DNA of 64,000 nucleotides from Balanoglossus misakiensis. Lineage: Eukaryota; Animalia; Hemichordata. The number at the start of each line of letters is the position of its first letter. The first letter of the stretch is position 1. Where the stretch lies: the NCBI GenBank assembly GCA_040954595.2, contig CM082597.2, positions 9,269,778 through 9,333,777 of the forward strand, in the 5' to 3' direction. Below the pieces are notes generated by a model. It was not told the DNA's origin. It saw nothing but the letters and a program-made list of their open reading frames with translations, and made no database searches. Positions 62,701-64,000 of the stretch are shown piece after piece. Both the position numbers and the translations under genes were made by a program.

Positions 62701-63646
62701 ACCAAGATTTATTAACCGCCGCTGATTAAAAAAATGTCCGTTTCCGGAAGAATGTAGCTTATGTCAAACTACAAATAGTTTCTGTCTTACTTTTTCGGTG
62801 AACAAAACAAAGGACGAGAATACCTTTGTCACGATAACATAACTGTGCTTTACAAGAAACACTCTGTCAATCACCGTTTCCTCTCTTATTTTAATCTCTA
62901 CCTGTGTAGGTTCAACGCCATATGGATCGCTGAGGACAAAAGAAATTATTAAGATTCTAAAACAAGGAAAGAGGATTGAGAAACCTGCACATTGTAGTCT
63001 AGACATGTGAGTGAAATATGCCTGATGATTTTTTTGATTTTCCGCCCTTTTCAAGTATTTCAAAATACACTTCTACTGCAGTTCTAACTGCGTTTTAAGT
63101 TTTCAGGGCTTGTGTCAATCTGTGAGGGCCCTTTTTTCTCGGCCAGCATGGCTACTTGAGTTGCGAGCTGTCCACCTCTTAAGTCCCTGACATAGTACAA
63201 CGAGCTCTTCATGAGATTTTGACATGTCGTCGCTATAATCCTAAAATTAGACACATAAAAACCAAATTTGCGTTTGCAAGATACTTCTCTATAGATTTAG
63301 AATGGTTTCCATGACTGTGATAGCGAGGAGGACATTGTGTTGTTGTTTTTGCATCGTGTCTTTTTTCCTTTTTAAATTATACAAATTGCCACCACAGGCA
63401 CGAAAAGAGGCCTCGATATAATTGTTGATATTGTCCGAGGACGTCAAACGTTTTTGACCGTCATTTTCAATCATGCTGCAGGTTCAAAAGTTTGAATTTG
63501 TGTGATATATTTAACGCGCCTTCTCCTCTTATCCTGTCGTCAGTTACAAACTAATGAAGGATTGCTGGCACAGATGTCCACAGCGGCGGCCGTCATTTTC
63601 AGCTCTGTGCGTCAGGATAGGTGACATCATTAAGCAATCATCTCAG
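53676..63646 (+). CDS. Receptor tyrosine kinase with 2 Ig domains (FGFR/Ret/Tie-like class); 3' end beyond window
   Basis: Exons 53676-53730, 54912-55262, 55606-55959, 57362-57427, 57999-58076, 58262-58306, 58886-59010, 59191-59220, 59580-59871, 60651-60764, 60904-61085, 61705-61827, 62214-62325, 62910-63006, 63544-63646; 709 open codons. Motifs [37 protein letters not shown]...RPSF. Confidence 0.9.
54912..55262 (+). CDS. RTK Ig domain 1 exon
   Basis: VSIHC...IRW...[17 protein letters not shown]. Confidence 0.88.
55606..55959 (+). CDS. RTK Ig domain 2 exon (I-set)
   Basis: [16 protein letters not shown]...[16 protein letters not shown]. Confidence 0.9.
57362..57427 (+). CDS. RTK stalk exon
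   Basis: 66 nt, phase 1-1, AG/GT boundaries. Confidence 0.6.
57999..58076 (+). CDS. RTK stalk exon
   Basis: 78 nt, phase 1-1, Ser/Pro/Thr-rich. Confidence 0.65.
58262..58306 (+). CDS. RTK stalk exon
   Basis: 45 nt, phase 1-1. Confidence 0.6.
58886..59010 (+). CDS. RTK transmembrane exon
   Basis: [22 protein letters not shown] followed by RWKCRK. Confidence 0.88.
59191..59220 (+). CDS. RTK juxtamembrane micro-exon
   Basis: ttttgcag|[10 protein letters not shown]|gtaaa, phase 0-0. Confidence 0.55.
59580..59871 (+). CDS. RTK juxtamembrane region and kinase subdomains I-II
   Basis: DEWELPR...LGRGEFGEV...VAVKRL. Confidence 0.92.
60198..60275. repeat. GA-rich microsatellite
   Basis: Directly visible. 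Confidence 0.85.
60651..60764 (+). CDS. RTK kinase exon (alpha[13 protein letters not shown])
   Basis: [10 protein letters not shown]...[12 protein letters not shown]. Confidence 0.92.
60904..61085 (+). CDS. RTK kinase exon
   Basis: [14 protein letters not shown]...[10 protein letters not shown]. Confidence 0.92.
61705..61827 (+). CDS. RTK kinase exon (catalytic loop, DFG)
   Basis: [13 protein letters not shown]...[10 protein letters not shown]. Confidence 0.93.
62214..62325 (+). CDS. RTK kinase exon
   Basis: [11 protein letters not shown]...[16 protein letters not shown]. Confidence 0.93.
62910..63006 (+). CDS. RTK kinase exon
   Basis: GSTPY...[11 protein letters not shown]. Confidence 0.9.
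63544..63646 (+). CDS. RTK kinase subdomain XI exon
   Basis: YKLMKDCW...RRPSF; gtatgt donor shows the gene continues. Confidence 0.9.
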
Positions 63647-64000
63647 GTATGTCATGCGCTGAGTATTGGGTATTGGGTATCGGAATTTTGTCAAGTTGAG
63701 TATAGGAGAATTCAGTGACACCTAGTTATACACAGGGCATGATTGATTGCCTTGGAATTTATGATTGCGTTTTATGACATATGCATTATAGCCAATACGC
63801 TAGGGTTTTTACTTGATTGGTGCTAACCACAAACGTATGGGAAAGGCGGCTGTTTTGACCATGCTGCTTACAATTTTGATCTTGTCCATCTTCAAGTTTT
63901 GACAGCGCCCTGTTCATCGGCAAAAAGATTAATTTAACAGTCCCCACTGTCTGATTGGTTAAAGGTTATCTAACTGCGATTGGTGATTATTGATAAAAGA

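Overview
AT-rich, intron-containing animal genomic DNA. The gene families and repeats suggest a marine invertebrate deuterostome such as a hemichordate or echinoderm; this is inference only. Three host loci were assembled by hand from GT-AG splice sites with consistent phase. (1) + strand 3446-25176: a 16-exon, ~1123-aa VWDE-like type I membrane protein (signal peptide, UMOD/OIT3-type Cys-rich domain, VWD, EGF, TM) with two tandem-duplicated alternative signal-peptide first exons. (2) - strand ~51203-42818: a multi-Ig single-pass membrane protein that carries a frameshift and an in-frame stop (probable pseudogene). (3) + strand from 53676 past the window end: a 2-Ig receptor tyrosine kinase of the FGFR/Ret/Tie-like class, head-to-head with locus 2. 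Introns and intergenic DNA are rich in transposons. They include a near-complete but disabled tyrosine-recombinase (YR) retrotransposon (DIRS order, Ngaro-like) nested in a TTAA MITE, with att-like ends; a second YR retroelement with an ALOG-type recombinase; a Gmr1-like Gypsy fragment (integrase before RT); an Academ-like TIR element whose left end has been amplified into a 355-bp tandem array; and several MITEs, HINE-like repeats and microsatellites. No rRNA, tRNA or CRISPR array was seen. All homology calls come from motif recognition, not database searches.
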